A stretch of DNA of 64,000 bases from an uncultured Trueperaceae bacterium (GTDB lineage: Bacteria > Deinococcota > Deinococci > Deinococcales > Trueperaceae), in assembly GCA_963727505.1 (NCBI GenBank), contig CAVSGP010000002.1, forward strand, positions 96,001 to 160,000, in the 5' to 3' direction. Below the pieces are notes generated by a model, which saw nothing but the letters and a program-made list of their open reading frames with translations, was not told the DNA's origin and did no database searches. A program made the position numbers and the translations under genes. Shown here piece after piece: positions 33,823 to 46,591 of the stretch. Each line of letters starts with the position of its first letter. Positions within the stretch are counted from its first letter, which is position 1.

Positions 33823-35487
33823 GTGAAGCGTCGCACCGTCATCGTGGCTGCAACGGTCGCCGTCCTGGTGGTGGCGGCCGCGCTGTCCTACACCGCGTCG
33901 CTGTTGGCGCTTCCGGCGGCCGCGCTGGTGCTCACCCTCACGATCGCCACCCGCCGCAGGCCGTCGCTCGGCTGGCGCCTCGCCACGCTCGGCAGCGCCC
34001 TGTGGACGGTCGAGGAAAGCATCTGGGCCTACGTGCGGCTCGGCGGTGGGCCCGAACACATCCTGCTGACCGACCTCGCTTCGTATGGCGGGGCCGCCCT
34101 GTGGGTGGCCGCACTCCTCGTGATGAGCGGTCGCCGGCGGCCGACGCTGCTGTCGCTACCGTTCCTGCCCGCGCTCGCGTTGCTGATCTGGATCGACACG
34201 CGCGACGCGCCGCTCACGCTGACCCTGCAGTTCCCCGTGGTGAACATCCTGCTGGTGCTGGCCACCCTGCCGGCGCTGGAGTCGGCGCTGCGCGGGCGCG
34301 CGTCCGAGGGCCGTCTGCTGTGGACCTTCGGCTTCTTCGTGCGCGCCCTCACCGCGGGCACGATGAGCTGGCTCTTCGCGGTGCCGGGACTCGGTCACAG
34401 CTTCTTCTTGTTGTGGCTCCTCCCCTACGCCTTCTTGGCCACCGGCGCGGCCATGGAGCTCAGCGACGCGGAGTCCGGCATGTGGGCGGCGGCGACCACC
34501 ATTCTCGGGCTGGAGGCGGTGTCGGGCATCATGTTGACACTCCTGTTCCGCAGCGGGCTGATCGGCCGCCCCGCCGCGGTGGGCATCGTCCTGTTGCTGG
34601 CTTACGTGCAGTTCGTGGGCATCATGCTGGTGCTGCTCTCCGATCGGCAGCGGCGCATCCGCGCCGAGCACGAGCTGAAGGCGTGGGGGGACGTGATCGA
34701 TCGCGTGGTCACCGTCGAGCCCGGCGAGCTCGGCACGCTCGGCACGCTGCACGCCCTGCTGGAGGCGCTTTCGACGCGACTCAACCATGTCAGCGGCGTC
34801 GAGGTGTACGCCGAGCGGCGCATCCGCGCGGGCGATCCGCACGGCTACGCCTTCCCGCTGGTGAGCAGCGGCACCGAGGTCGGCAGGCTCTACTTCACGC
34901 GGCAACCGCGCGAGACGGCGGTGCTCGACGCGGTGGCCCCCTTCCTGGCCGGTCGCATCCAGCAGGCGCTCGACCAGGCGGCCTGGCGTACGCGCGCCAT
35001 CACCGACCCGCTGACCGGCCTGCTCAACCGTCGCGGCTTCGAGCTGCGCTCGAGGAAGCTGCTCCAGAGCTCCCACGATCACGGCAAGCCCGTGAGCGTG
35101 GCCATGCTCGACCTCGACCACTTCAAGCGCGTCAACGACTTCTACGATCACGCGGCAGGCGATCACGCGCTGCGTGAGATGGCGTCGATCCTCGAACGCC
35201 ATCTGCGCGAGAACGACCTGGCCGCGCGCTGGGGCGGCGAGGAGTTCCTCGTCCTGCTCTACGACGCCGACCGCAACGCCGCCATCGAGGTGGTCCGGCG
35301 CATCCGGGCCGAGCTGCGGGCCAAGCCGCTCAGGCCGATCGCGTGGCCGCTGACGCTCTCCGTGGGGATCGCAGGGGGCGCGGTGCTGGACGATGCGGCC
35401 GACATCGAGAGCTGGATCGGCCAGGCCGACCGCGCCCTCATCCAGGCCAAGGTCCTGGGGCGCGACCGCATCGAAGCGGTCGCCTGA
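33823..35487 (+). CDS. Membrane-bound diguanylate cyclase; start uncertain (33787 or 33823)
   Basis: Many TM helices, TDPLTGLLNRR, DLDHFKRVND, RxxD I-site (REND) and GGEEF. Confidence 0.9.
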   Translation: MKRRTVIVAATVAVLVVAAALSYTASLLALPAAALVLTLTIATRRRPSLGWRLATLGSALWTVEESIWAYVRLGGGPEHILLTDLASYGGAALWVAALLVMSGRRRPTLLSLPFLPALALLIWIDTRDAPLTLTLQFPVVNILLVLATLPALESALRGRASEGRLLWTFGFFVRALTAGTMSWLFAVPGLGHSFFLLWLLPYAFLATGAAMELSDAESGMWAAATTILGLEAVSGIMLTLLFRSGLIGRPAAVGIVLLLAYVQFVGIMLVLLSDRQRRIRAEHELKAWGDVIDRVVTVEPGELGTLGTLHALLEALSTRLNHVSGVEVYAERRIRAGDPHGYAFPLVSSGTEVGRLYFTRQPRETAVLDAVAPFLAGRIQQALDQAAWRTRAITDPLTGLLNRRGFELRSRKLLQSSHDHGKPVSVAMLDLDHFKRVNDFYDHAAGDHALREMASILERHLRENDLAARWGGEEFLVLLYDADRNAAIEVVRRIRAELRAKPLRPIAWPLTLSVGIAGGAVLDDAADIESWIGQADRALIQAKVLGRDRIEAVA

Positions 35488-35491
35488 CGCC

Positions 35492-36889
35492 GTGCCGACC
35501 CGCGTAACGCCGCCTTCCGCTCCGGACGCCCTGCCCCGCCGGATCCGCCTCGGGTACGGCGTCGGCGACCTGGGAGCGTCGCTCACCTTCGTCGGCATCA
35601 ACACCTGGCTGCTGTACTACCTGGTGAACGTCGCCGGCGTCGGCCCGGTGCGTGCCGGCCTGGTGTTCCTGCTCGGCCGCGCCTTCGACGCCGCGCTCGA
35701 TCCCGTGATGGGCATCCTCTCCGACCGCCTCCGCTGGCGGGTGGGGCGCCTGCCCTTCATCCGCTGGGGCGCGCCCTGGCTCGCGCTGCTCTTCGCCGCG
35801 CTCTGGGCGGTGCCCGGCTGGCTGCCCCGCCATGCCTTCGCCAGCGCTCTGGTGCTGACGCTGCTGTTCTCCCTCGCCTACACGGTCGTGCAGGTGCCGT
35901 ACATGGCCCTGACGCCGGAGCTCGCGCCCGATTACGACGAGCGCACCGCCCTCTCCAGCTACCGGGTCGCCTTCGGCACGCTGGCGTCCCTGCTGGCCGT
36001 CGCCCTGCCGCCCGTGGTGGTGCTGACGGTGGCGCCGGCGCCGGCGCTGGCGCGCAGCGCCCCCCAGGGCTGGGCGGTGATGGGGGCGCTGTTCGGCGCG
36101 CTCGCGCTGCTCGCCTACCTGTGGGTCGGCGTGGCGGTTCCCGAGCCCGCCCACCCCCCTCAGGAGCGCCCGCCCGCCACAGGCCTGCAGGACGTGCGCG
36201 AGGCGTTCGCGATCACCGGTTTCCGGGAACTCTTCGCGCTCTTCGTGGCGATCACGGTGGGGATCATGATCGTCAACTCCATGCTTCCGTTCTACCTGGA
36301 GTCGGCGCTTCGCATCCCCGGGGCCCAGCAGACGCCCGTACTCGGCTTGCTGTTCGCCACCGCGGTCGCGACGTTCCCACTGTGGAACCGGCTCTCCAAG
36401 CGCATCGGCAAGCGCGACGCGCTCACCCTGGGGCTGGCGGTGCTGGTGCTCGGGTTGCTGCCTCTCACGCTGTTCGCCCCGCCCGGACGGGTCAGCGCGG
36501 TCCTCATCGCACTGACGATGGTCGCGGGCTTCGGCCTCTCCGCGGTGATGCTCCTGCCCTGGGCGATGCTGCCCGACGTGGTCGAGTTCGACGAGCTCGC
36601 CTCGGGCCGGCGGCGCGAGGGGCTGGTGGCCGCCCTGTTCACCTTCGGCCAGAAGCTGGCGGGATCGGTCGGGGTCTTCGCCAACGCCATCGCGGCCGCG
36701 CTGTTCGGCTACGTGGCAGGCGCCGCGACACAGGCCCCGGGAACGGTGCTGGGGCTGCGTCTGATGACCGGTCCGGTGGCGGCCGTCGTGTTCGTCGCCG
36801 CCATCGTGCTGGTGCGCCGTTTCCCCATCACGCGCGCCAGCCACGCTGCCGCGCGCGCGGCGCTGGCGCAGCGCCGGCGCACGAGCTGA
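35492..36889 (+). CDS. MFS glycoside-pentoside-hexuronide (MelB-like) transporter
   Basis: GYGVGDLG, DAALDPVMGILSD, PYMALTPEL..ERT and RREG motifs. Confidence 0.88.
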   Translation: MPTRVTPPSAPDALPRRIRLGYGVGDLGASLTFVGINTWLLYYLVNVAGVGPVRAGLVFLLGRAFDAALDPVMGILSDRLRWRVGRLPFIRWGAPWLALLFAALWAVPGWLPRHAFASALVLTLLFSLAYTVVQVPYMALTPELAPDYDERTALSSYRVAFGTLASLLAVALPPVVVLTVAPAPALARSAPQGWAVMGALFGALALLAYLWVGVAVPEPAHPPQERPPATGLQDVREAFAITGFRELFALFVAITVGIMIVNSMLPFYLESALRIPGAQQTPVLGLLFATAVATFPLWNRLSKRIGKRDALTLGLAVLVLGLLPLTLFAPPGRVSAVLIALTMVAGFGLSAVMLLPWAMLPDVVEFDELASGRRREGLVAALFTFGQKLAGSVGVFANAIAAALFGYVAGAATQAPGTVLGLRLMTGPVAAVVFVAAIVLVRRFPITRASHAAARAALAQRRRTS

Positions 36890-36962
36890 CCTCCGCGCGC
36901 GGGAACGGGGAGCCGCGACGCCCGCGCGCCTCGCGCCGGGCGGGCGCTATGATGAGCCATCG

Positions 36963-37301
36963 ATGCGTGAGCTGCTCTACAACGCCGCCAAGCACTTCAA
37001 GCGCGGTCGGTCCCTTGCTGAGCGGGGCGACGTCCGCGGCGCCATGCTCGCCTATCGCGACGCCCTGCTCGACCTCCACGCCGTGCGTCCGCAGCGCATG
37101 CGCGACGTGCTGTTGGCCCAGGTCTACCTGTCGCGCTACCAGATCGGCCGCGACGTCGACGCCGACGCCGCGGAGAGCGACCTGCGGATGGGCTACAGCT
37201 ACGCCCGGACCACGCACGAGCCTACCGTCCGGAAGCTGGCCGAGGAGCTCTGGCGAGAACGCCTGGGCGCGCTGCCCGACACGGCCTCCACGCCCGTCTA
37301 G
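36963..37301 (+). CDS. Small hypothetical helical (TPR-like) protein
   Basis: GC3-rich codons; fills the gap between genes; TATGAT upstream. Confidence 0.7.
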   Translation: MRELLYNAAKHFKRGRSLAERGDVRGAMLAYRDALLDLHAVRPQRMRDVLLAQVYLSRYQIGRDVDADAAESDLRMGYSYARTTHEPTVRKLAEELWRERLGALPDTASTPV

Positions 37302-37363
37302 CGGGTACCTGAGACCGCCGGTGCCCCGCGCTTGCGCTGCTCCGGGCGGGTAGCATGGTCCGC

Positions 37364-38533
37364 ATGACCGCCCGCTCCCTGCTCGACCTCGCCGTTGCCG
37401 AGCGCGACGCCTACCTGGCCACCCTCGAAGGCCTCGTCACGCTCGAGTCCCCCACTCGCGACAAGCTCCTGTGCGATCGGCTCGCCGACCACCTGGCGGC
37501 GCTGCTCGGCCGGGACGGCTGGCAAGTCGATCGCCAGGCGCGCGACGAGGTCGGTGATGTCATCGTTGCCCGTCTGCCGGCCGACGCGGGGCCCGCCACG
37601 CTGCTGCTGTGCCACTACGATACGGTGTGGCCGTCGGGCACGCTGGCTGCCATGCCCTTCCGGCAGGAGGGGGAGCGGGTGTACGGCCCCGGCGCACTCG
37701 ACATGAAGGCGGGGATCGCCACCGCCATCCATGCCCAGCGCCTGATCCGCCAGGCCGGCGCCCGGCTGCGAGGCCCCGTCACGCTGCTCGTCACCTCCGA
37801 CGAGGAGATCGGCAGCCATCATTCGCGCGAGCTGATCGAGCGCCTGGCCGCGGAGCATCAGCGGGTCCTGGTGCTCGAGCCGGGCCGCGACGACGGCGCC
37901 CTGAAGATCGGCCGCAAGGGCGTGGGGCAGATCCAGCTCCAGCTCGAGGGCCGCAGCGCGCACGCCGGCAACAACCCCGAGGACGGCGCCAGTGCGCTGC
38001 GCGAGCTCGCCCACCTGCTGCTCTACGTCGAGGACCAGGGCGACGGTGAGGCCGGCACCACGGTCAACCTCACCGTGGCGCGGGGCGGGTCCACCGGCAA
38101 CGTCATCGCCGAGGAGGCCGACGCCGAGGTCGATCTGCGGGTCCTCAAGGCGTCGGAGGCCGCGCGCGTGATGCGCGCGCTCGCCGCCTTCGAGCCGCGC
38201 GACGAGCGCGTCGAGGTCCGGATCACGGGGGGACTCAACCGCCCACCACTGGAGCGGACCGAGGTCAACGAAGCGCTGTGGCGCGAGGCCCGGGAGCGCG
38301 GCGCGGCGCTCGGCCTGCAACTCGAGGGCGCGGTGGTGGGGGGCGGCTCGGACGGCTCGTTCACCTCTGCCCTCGGCGTCGCCACGCTCGACGGCCTCGG
38401 CTCGGTCGGTGCCGGGCCGCACGCGCGCCACGAGCACATCCGCGTGCCTGCCACGCTCGAACGGCTCGCGCTGGTGACGGCGTTGCTCGCCGACGCGGGC
38501 TCATCGACCTCGGGGGAGCCGGTGCTAGGCTGA
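37364..38533 (+). CDS. M20 metallopeptidase (carboxypeptidase G2-like)
   Basis: CHYDTV, GPGALDMKAG, DEEIGS, AHAG, GGSDG and GPHARHE motifs. TAGCAT 7 nt before the ATG at 37364. Confidence 0.9.
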   Translation: MTARSLLDLAVAERDAYLATLEGLVTLESPTRDKLLCDRLADHLAALLGRDGWQVDRQARDEVGDVIVARLPADAGPATLLLCHYDTVWPSGTLAAMPFRQEGERVYGPGALDMKAGIATAIHAQRLIRQAGARLRGPVTLLVTSDEEIGSHHSRELIERLAAEHQRVLVLEPGRDDGALKIGRKGVGQIQLQLEGRSAHAGNNPEDGASALRELAHLLLYVEDQGDGEAGTTVNLTVARGGSTGNVIAEEADAEVDLRVLKASEAARVMRALAAFEPRDERVEVRITGGLNRPPLERTEVNEALWREARERGAALGLQLEGAVVGGGSDGSFTSALGVATLDGLGSVGAGPHARHEHIRVPATLERLALVTALLADAGSSTSGEPVLG

Positions 38534-38538
38534 TCCGC

Positions 38539-40074
38539 ATGCTGGCCGTGCTCGTTACCGCCGCGTCCGGCGCGCTGCTGAGCCTGGCGCTGCCGCCGAC
38601 CGGCGTGTGGCCGCTCTTCCTGGCGCTGGCGCCGCTGTTCGTGCTGGTCGCGCGCGCGCCCTCTGCGCGGCGCGCATTCTGGCTGGGAGCGTCGTTCGCG
38701 CTCCCCTTCTTCGCCATCTACATCCTGTGGCTGCCACGAAGCTTCTCGCAGCCCAGCATGCTCGGGCCCTTCTTCTGGGGCGTGTTCCCGCTCCTGCTGG
38801 CCGCCCTCTGCCTCATCTGGGGCGCCGTGACCTTCCTCGCCCGCCTGCTCGGCGGTCGGGGGCCGGGAACGCTGTGGCTGCTGCCCGGCTTCTGGGTGCT
38901 GACGGAGTGGCTGCGCACCCAGGGCTACCTGGGGTTCCCCTGGGGCACGCTGGGCTACCTCTGGATGGGTTCGCCGGCCGCGCAAGCCGCCAGCGTCGTC
39001 GGCGTGTACGGCCTGAGCCTGCTGGCCGCGGCGGCGGCGGCGCTGGTGGCGGCGCCCTTCGTGCCGGCGCGCCGGGCACCGGCTCGACCGTCACCGGCGC
39101 GCCCGCCAGGCGGCACGCGCTGGCTGGCCCCGCTGCTTGCCGCGGCGCTGGTGGCCGGCGCCATGCTGTGGGGCGCGGCCGATCTTCGCCGGCCGCTGCC
39201 GCCAGCGGACCGCAGCGCCGTGCTGGTGCAGGGGAACGTCGACCCCTTCGGGCGCGCCATCAGCCCGGCCGGCGACCTCGTCATCCACACCGACCTGACC
39301 CGGCACGCTGTCGAGCGGCTGGGCCACGCCCCCACCTTCGTCGTCTGGCCGGAGGGAGCGGTGCTCGGCTACGACGTCGAGGGCGCGGCAGGTCAGCGCA
39401 CGCGCGCAGCCATCCAGGCCAGCGCGCCTGAGAGCGCCTTCATCGTCGGAGGGAGGGCCTTCGACCGCGGGAAGGATTACAACAGCGCCTACAGCCTGGC
39501 CGACGCGTCCGTGGTGGACCGCTACGACAAGGCCTACCTGGTGCCGTTCGGCGAACGCTGGCCCTTGCTGGAGACCGCGAAACCGCTGTACCGGGCGATC
39601 TTCGGGCTGTTCCACCTGCCGATGCTCATCAACACGGCGGCCGGCCCCGGCCCGGTACCGCTACGCACGCCGCGCGGGCCGGTGGCCACCTACATCTGCT
39701 ACGAGTCGGTGTTCCCGCAGGTGCAGCGGGTCATGGTGCGCGACGGAGCGCGGGTGCTGGTCAACATCACCAACGACGCCTGGTTCTCGAAAGGCAACGG
39801 CGCCGAGCAGCACTTCCTGATGGGCAACCTCCGCGCCATCGCCACGGGACGCTACCTGTTGCGCGCCGGCAACGACGGCATCACCGCCGTCGTCGACCCA
39901 CACGGCCGCGTCCTGCAGCGGCTCCCGCGGCACGTCGCGGCAGCCCTGACGGCGCACTTCGCGTTCCGAGACACGATCACGCCTTTCGTGCGTTACGGCC
40001 GCTGGTACATCCCCCTGCTGGCTGCACTCACTGCCCTCGTCGCTCTCGTGGTGGTCGCCCGCCGGCGTTCCTGA
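38539..40074 (+). CDS. lnt: Apolipoprotein N-acyltransferase
   Basis: GFPW, VQGN, WPE, YDK..LVPFGE, ICYE and TNDAWF motifs. Confidence 0.94.
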   Translation: MLAVLVTAASGALLSLALPPTGVWPLFLALAPLFVLVARAPSARRAFWLGASFALPFFAIYILWLPRSFSQPSMLGPFFWGVFPLLLAALCLIWGAVTFLARLLGGRGPGTLWLLPGFWVLTEWLRTQGYLGFPWGTLGYLWMGSPAAQAASVVGVYGLSLLAAAAAALVAAPFVPARRAPARPSPARPPGGTRWLAPLLAAALVAGAMLWGAADLRRPLPPADRSAVLVQGNVDPFGRAISPAGDLVIHTDLTRHAVERLGHAPTFVVWPEGAVLGYDVEGAAGQRTRAAIQASAPESAFIVGGRAFDRGKDYNSAYSLADASVVDRYDKAYLVPFGERWPLLETAKPLYRAIFGLFHLPMLINTAAGPGPVPLRTPRGPVATYICYESVFPQVQRVMVRDGARVLVNITNDAWFSKGNGAEQHFLMGNLRAIATGRYLLRAGNDGITAVVDPHGRVLQRLPRHVAAALTAHFAFRDTITPFVRYGRWYIPLLAALTALVALVVVARRRS

Positions 40075-40136
40075 GACGCTCGCGAAGGGACAACGGCCCT
40101 TCGGCGGCCGGCAGCCCCGTGCTTTAATGCGGGCGT

Positions 40137-41483
40137 ATGAACGTCGTCATCGTCGGTGGTGGGGAGATCGGCTTGTTGATCGCCGAATCCCTGCACCGCA
40201 CCCACAACGTGACCGTCATGGACATGGAGGGCGAGCGGGAGACGGCGTTCGAGAGCATGGACGTGCAGTTCGTGCGCGGCAACGGCGCCGACCCCAGCGA
40301 CCTTCGTGCCGCCGGCGCCGAGCACGCCGACGCCTTCATCGCCTGCACCACCAACGACGACGTGAACGTCCTTGCCTGCCTCGCCGCCAAGGGCCTGGCA
40401 GACGTGGAGACGATGGCGTTCGTGACCCGTCAACGGTACGTCGACGCCTTCGCGGCAGCCGGCGCGTTCGAGACCATCGGCCTTGCGATCGACCGGGTGC
40501 TGTGGCCGCAGCGCACGCTGGCCCACCAGATCGCCGACATCGTGCGGGTGCCGCGGGCCCTGGCCAGCGCGGGCTTCGCGGGTGGACGGTTGACGATGCT
40601 GGAGTACCGGCTCGAGCCGCAGGACCCCTTCCTCGGCAAGCCCCTCGGCCAGGCCGAGCTCCCCGCCGGCGTGCTCGTCGCCGGGGCGATCCGCGGGGAC
40701 GCCTTCACCATCCCGTCGGGCACCACCGTGCTGGAGGCCGGGGACAAGGTCGTGTTCATGGGCATGGCCGAGCACATGCGCGCGCTCGAGCGCCGCTTCG
40801 CTCCGCGCCGGCGCTCGCACAACGTGGCGGTGGTGGGCGGCGGCAACGTCGGATTCATGGTGGCGGAGCAGCTCGCAGGGGACCGCGCCAACATCACCAT
40901 CATCGAGCAGAACGAGGCGCGCTGCGAGAAGCTGGCGCAGTGGTTGCCGCACGCGCTGGTGCTCAAGGGCGACGGCACCGACCTGGAGCTGCTGCAACAG
41001 GAGCGCATCGAGGACGCCGACGTGATGGTGGCCGTCACCGACGACGACGGCAAGAACCTGCTGGTGTCGTTGCTCAGCAAGCAGCTCGGCATCCCCAAGG
41101 TCATCACCCGCGTGGGCCGCAGCCGCAACCGCCGCCTGTTCGAGCGCGTCGGCATCGACGCGCCCCTCACGCCGCGCGCCGCCGCCGTTCAGGAGGTGCT
41201 GAACTGGCTCCGCGTCGACGAGGTCGATCACCTGGCGTCCATCGAGGACCGCGCCGAGGTGATGGAGCTCAGCTACCCCGCGGGCTGCCAGGAGGGCAAG
41301 GTCCGCGACATCGGGGCCCCGCGCGACAGTCTCATCGGCGCCATCCTGCGCGACAAGACGGTGTTCGTGCCCCATGGCGACACCATGGTGCGCCAGGGCG
41401 ACCATCTCTTCATCGTCACCACCCCGGACAACACCGGGGCGGTCGAGCGCTGGCTCGAGGCGCGGCGCGCCGTGCCGAGCTGA
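40137..41483 (+). CDS. trkA: Trk potassium uptake NAD-binding subunit
   Basis: Two RCK_N/RCK_C pairs with GGGEIG and GGGNVG. Confidence 0.93.
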   Translation: MNVVIVGGGEIGLLIAESLHRTHNVTVMDMEGERETAFESMDVQFVRGNGADPSDLRAAGAEHADAFIACTTNDDVNVLACLAAKGLADVETMAFVTRQRYVDAFAAAGAFETIGLAIDRVLWPQRTLAHQIADIVRVPRALASAGFAGGRLTMLEYRLEPQDPFLGKPLGQAELPAGVLVAGAIRGDAFTIPSGTTVLEAGDKVVFMGMAEHMRALERRFAPRRRSHNVAVVGGGNVGFMVAEQLAGDRANITIIEQNEARCEKLAQWLPHALVLKGDGTDLELLQQERIEDADVMVAVTDDDGKNLLVSLLSKQLGIPKVITRVGRSRNRRLFERVGIDAPLTPRAAAVQEVLNWLRVDEVDHLASIEDRAEVMELSYPAGCQEGKVRDIGAPRDSLIGAILRDKTVFVPHGDTMVRQGDHLFIVTTPDNTGAVERWLEARRAVPS

Positions 41484-41487
41484 GCGC

Positions 41488-42945
41488 GTGCGCGGCCGTT
41501 TCGCCCCCTACGTCATCGGCACGGGCCTGCTCACACTCGCCGGCGTGATGCTGATGTTCACCGCCTACGCCGCCATCGCTCGCGAGCCCACCAAGGGCTT
41601 CCTGGTCAGCGGGGCGCTCGGCGCGGCCTTCGGGCTCGTGCTGCGCAGGTTCGGAGCACCCAACGCCGAGCCCACCCGCCGCGAGGCGCTCATCGCCGTG
41701 CTCGTGTCCTGGCTGGCGGTGCCGGCCGTGGGCGCGCTGCCCTACGCCATCACGGCCGGCTTCGGGCCGGTGAACGCCCTCTTCGAGTCGATGAGCGGCT
41801 TCACCACCACCGGCGCGACCGTGCTGACCGACTTCGCCAACTTCCCTTCCAGCCTGTTCCTGTGGCGGGCGCTGTCGCAGTGGGTAGGTGGGATCGGCAT
41901 CCTGGTCATCTTCATCGCGGTCTTCCCGCAACTCGCCATCGCCGGACGCCAGCTCTTCTTCGCCGAGGCACCCGGACCGACCGAGGAGCGGCTCACGCCG
42001 CGGCTGCGCCACACCGCGACGGCGGTGATCACCGTCTACACCAGTCTGACGGCACTGTGCGCCGCCGCCTACGCCGTCGCCGGCATGCCGGTGTTCGACG
42101 CCGTGGCCCACGCCTTCACCACCCTGGCGGCCGGCGGCTTCAGCCCCAACGCGCAGAGCTTTCAGGGCTATGCCAACCCCGCGCTCGACTGGGTGGCGAC
42201 GGTGTTCATGCTCTTCGCCGGCGCCAACTTCGCACTGCTCTACCGCGGCGTGGTGGGCCGTCCGCGCGACATCCTGCGCGACCCGGAGTTCCGCGCCTAC
42301 GTGAGCATCGCGGTGATCGCCTCGCTGGCGCTGGCCGCGCTGCTCCTCGGCGTGTACAGCGTGGGTGACGCGCTCCGGCACGGCTTCTTCCAGGTCTTCA
42401 GCATCATGACGACCACGGGCTACGCCTCGGCCGACTTCGCGCAATGGCCACAACGCGCACAGGCGGTGCTGGTCGTGGTGATGTTCATCGGCGGAAGCGC
42501 CGGCTCGGCCGGCGGCGGCATCAAGGTCGTGCGCTGGCTGATCATCGCGCGCAACACAGCGCGCGAGGTCCGCCGCGCCTTGCACCCCCGCGCCGTGCTG
42601 CCGGTGCGCCTGGGCCGCCGCGTGGTCCCCGAAGACGTGCTCCGCTCGGTGGCCGCCTTCATCACGCTGTACGTCGGCCTGTTCGCGGCCAGCACCGTGA
42701 CGCTGGTCATGCTGGGGGCGGATTTCGTCACCGCGTTCACGGCCTCGATCGCCTGCCTGGGCAACATCGGGCCCGGCCTGGCGCACGTCGGCCCGATGGT
42801 GGACTTCGGCAGCCTCCACCCCGTCAGCCGCCTGCTGCTCACCTTCGACATGTACGCCGGCCGGCTCGAGGTGGTCACCGTCTTCGTGCTGTTCACCCGT
42901 GGCTGGTGGCGTCTTCCGCGAAGGCGGCCGCACGCCCGCCCGTAG
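41488..42945 (+). CDS. trkH: Trk potassium uptake membrane subunit
   Basis: FESMSGFTTTGAT, TTTGY, GSAGGGIK and LGNIGPG motifs. Confidence 0.93.
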   Translation: MRGRFAPYVIGTGLLTLAGVMLMFTAYAAIAREPTKGFLVSGALGAAFGLVLRRFGAPNAEPTRREALIAVLVSWLAVPAVGALPYAITAGFGPVNALFESMSGFTTTGATVLTDFANFPSSLFLWRALSQWVGGIGILVIFIAVFPQLAIAGRQLFFAEAPGPTEERLTPRLRHTATAVITVYTSLTALCAAAYAVAGMPVFDAVAHAFTTLAAGGFSPNAQSFQGYANPALDWVATVFMLFAGANFALLYRGVVGRPRDILRDPEFRAYVSIAVIASLALAALLLGVYSVGDALRHGFFQVFSIMTTTGYASADFAQWPQRAQAVLVVVMFIGGSAGSAGGGIKVVRWLIIARNTAREVRRALHPRAVLPVRLGRRVVPEDVLRSVAAFITLYVGLFAASTVTLVMLGADFVTAFTASIACLGNIGPGLAHVGPMVDFGSLHPVSRLLLTFDMYAGRLEVVTVFVLFTRGWWRLPRRRPHARP

Positions 42946-43004
42946 CGACGCCACCCCGTGCGCCCGCACGGTTCCGCGCCCCCTCGCCGCCGCAGGCGCA
43001 GCGA

Positions 43005-43033
43005 TTGAAGACCCGTCGGTGTCGGGGTATGCT
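43005..43033 (+). promoter_or_regulatory. Sigma70-type promoter of acs
   Basis: TTGAAG, 17-nt spacer, TATGCT. Confidence 0.55.
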
Positions 43034-43095
43034 CGGCCTCGACTCTCGACGATCCGTCCGTCGCCCCGTCCGCACGGACGCGCCAAGGAGGAAGC

Positions 43096-45045
<1,950 letters not shown>

Positions 45046-45102
45046 CACCATGTCCGGATGCGCCGTCTCCGCCGCGGACGGCCGCGTGCGGGAGGGGCGC
45101 GC

Positions 45103-46044
45103 TCAGCGGTCCGTTCGGCGGGGCCCGGGAGCGGCGCGATCGTCGGCCTCGCGGCCGCTCGAGGAGACGCTCCGCGCACTCGCCATCGGGTGGCCCGACG
45201 GCACCGGGCGACGCCGGGGCCGCAGCTCGCTGAGGAACATCGCGGCCACCACCAGGAAACCGCCGATCCAGCCCAGCAGCCCCAAGCGCTCCCCCAGCAG
45301 GAAGAACGCGAAGATGGAGGCGACCACGGGCTCGAGCACGAAGATGATCGCCGCCACGTGGGCGGGCACCACCCGCTGGGCGTAGGTCTGCACCACGGCC
45401 ACCAGCGCGGTCGCCACCGCCGCCAGGTAGAAGATCGCCAGGAAGGTCGTCAGCGGCACGTGCCGTAGCGCCCCCACCTGCGGCAGCGCCCACAACCACG
45501 CCAGCAGCGCCATCGGCACGTGCTGCAGCGCGGCCAGCGAGGTCGCCGAGGCGCGGCCCGCGACCTCTCCCAGGTAGACGATGAACAGCGCGTAGGCGAG
45601 CGCCGTGCCGAGCACCCACAGGTCGCCGCCGTTGATCTGCCCCACGCCGCCACGCAGCGTCATCATGCCCAGGCCGGCGAGCGCCACCAGCGCCGCCAGG
45701 TAGGCGCGCCCGGTCACGCTTCGGTGGAGCCAGACCGCGGCCACGAGTGGCGTCAGGATCACGCTCAGACCGGTGATGAAGGCGGCTTTCGAGGCCGTCG
45801 TCAGCGACAGCCCCATGGTCTGGGTGGCGAAGCCGGCGAACGCCAGCACCCCCAGCACGAGGGCCGGCTTCACGGCCCTCCGGTCGAAGCGCGCCCAGCT
45901 CAGTAGCAGCCCCGCCATGGTGAAACGCACCGCCAGCAGCAGCGGCACCGGGATGGTAAGCAGCGCCTGCTTGATGACGACGAAGGTGGTGCCCCAGATC
46001 AGCGTGATACCGACGAGGGCGGCTGCTCCGACGGCGGGCGGCAT
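45103..46044 (-). CDS. DMT/EamA family transporter; start uncertain (46044 or 46053)
   Basis: IWGTTF, KAAFITGL, GDLW and LEPV motifs. Confidence 0.87.
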   Translation of the reverse strand: MPPAVGAAALVGITLIWGTTFVVIKQALLTIPVPLLLAVRFTMAGLLLSWARFDRRAVKPALVLGVLAFAGFATQTMGLSLTTASKAAFITGLSVILTPLVAAVWLHRSVTGRAYLAALVALAGLGMMTLRGGVGQINGGDLWVLGTALAYALFIVYLGEVAGRASATSLAALQHVPMALLAWLWALPQVGALRHVPLTTFLAIFYLAAVATALVAVVQTYAQRVVPAHVAAIIFVLEPVVASIFAFFLLGERLGLLGWIGGFLVVAAMFLSELRPRRRPVPSGHPMASARSVSSSGREADDRAAPGPRRTDR

Positions 46045-46100
46045 GCCCGCCATTCTCGCACGGCGCGGCGCTCGGCGCGCCGACGGCATAGAATGGCCGA

Positions 46101-46580
46101 ATGGACGGAATGCGCATCGGCTACGGGGAGGACGCCCACGCCCTGGCGCCCGGCCGTTCCCTCGTCATCGGCGCCGTGAAGATCGACAGCAGCCCCGTCG
46201 GCACGGTCGCCCACAGCGACGGCGACGTGCTGCTCCACGCGCTCTCGGACGCCCTGCTGGCCGCCTACGCCATGGGCGACATCGGCCAGTACTTCCCGCC
46301 GTCCAACCCCAATTACCGCGGCCTCGACAGCCGCGTCATCTTGCAGACCGTTCTGCAGCGCCTCGCCGACCAGGTCGGAAGCTACCGCATCGTCAACCTG
46401 TCGGCGGTGGTGGTGCTCGATCAGCCGCGGCTCGGCCCGACGCGGCGCGACATCCAGCGCGAGCTGGCGGGCGAGCTGGGGATCGACGCGTCGCGCGTCG
46501 GCGTGACCTTCAAGACCAGCGAGGGGATGGCGCCCGACTTCATCCAGGCGCGCGTCACGGTGCTGCTCGAGACCGAGTAG
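46101..46580 (+). CDS. ispF: 2-C-methyl-D-erythritol 2,4-cyclodiphosphate synthase
   Basis: RIGYGEDAH, HSDGDVLLHA, GDIG and KTSE motifs. Confidence 0.94.
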   Translation: MDGMRIGYGEDAHALAPGRSLVIGAVKIDSSPVGTVAHSDGDVLLHALSDALLAAYAMGDIGQYFPPSNPNYRGLDSRVILQTVLQRLADQVGSYRIVNLSAVVVLDQPRLGPTRRDIQRELAGELGIDASRVGVTFKTSEGMAPDFIQARVTVLLETE

Positions 46581-46591
46581 GCCCGCTCCGG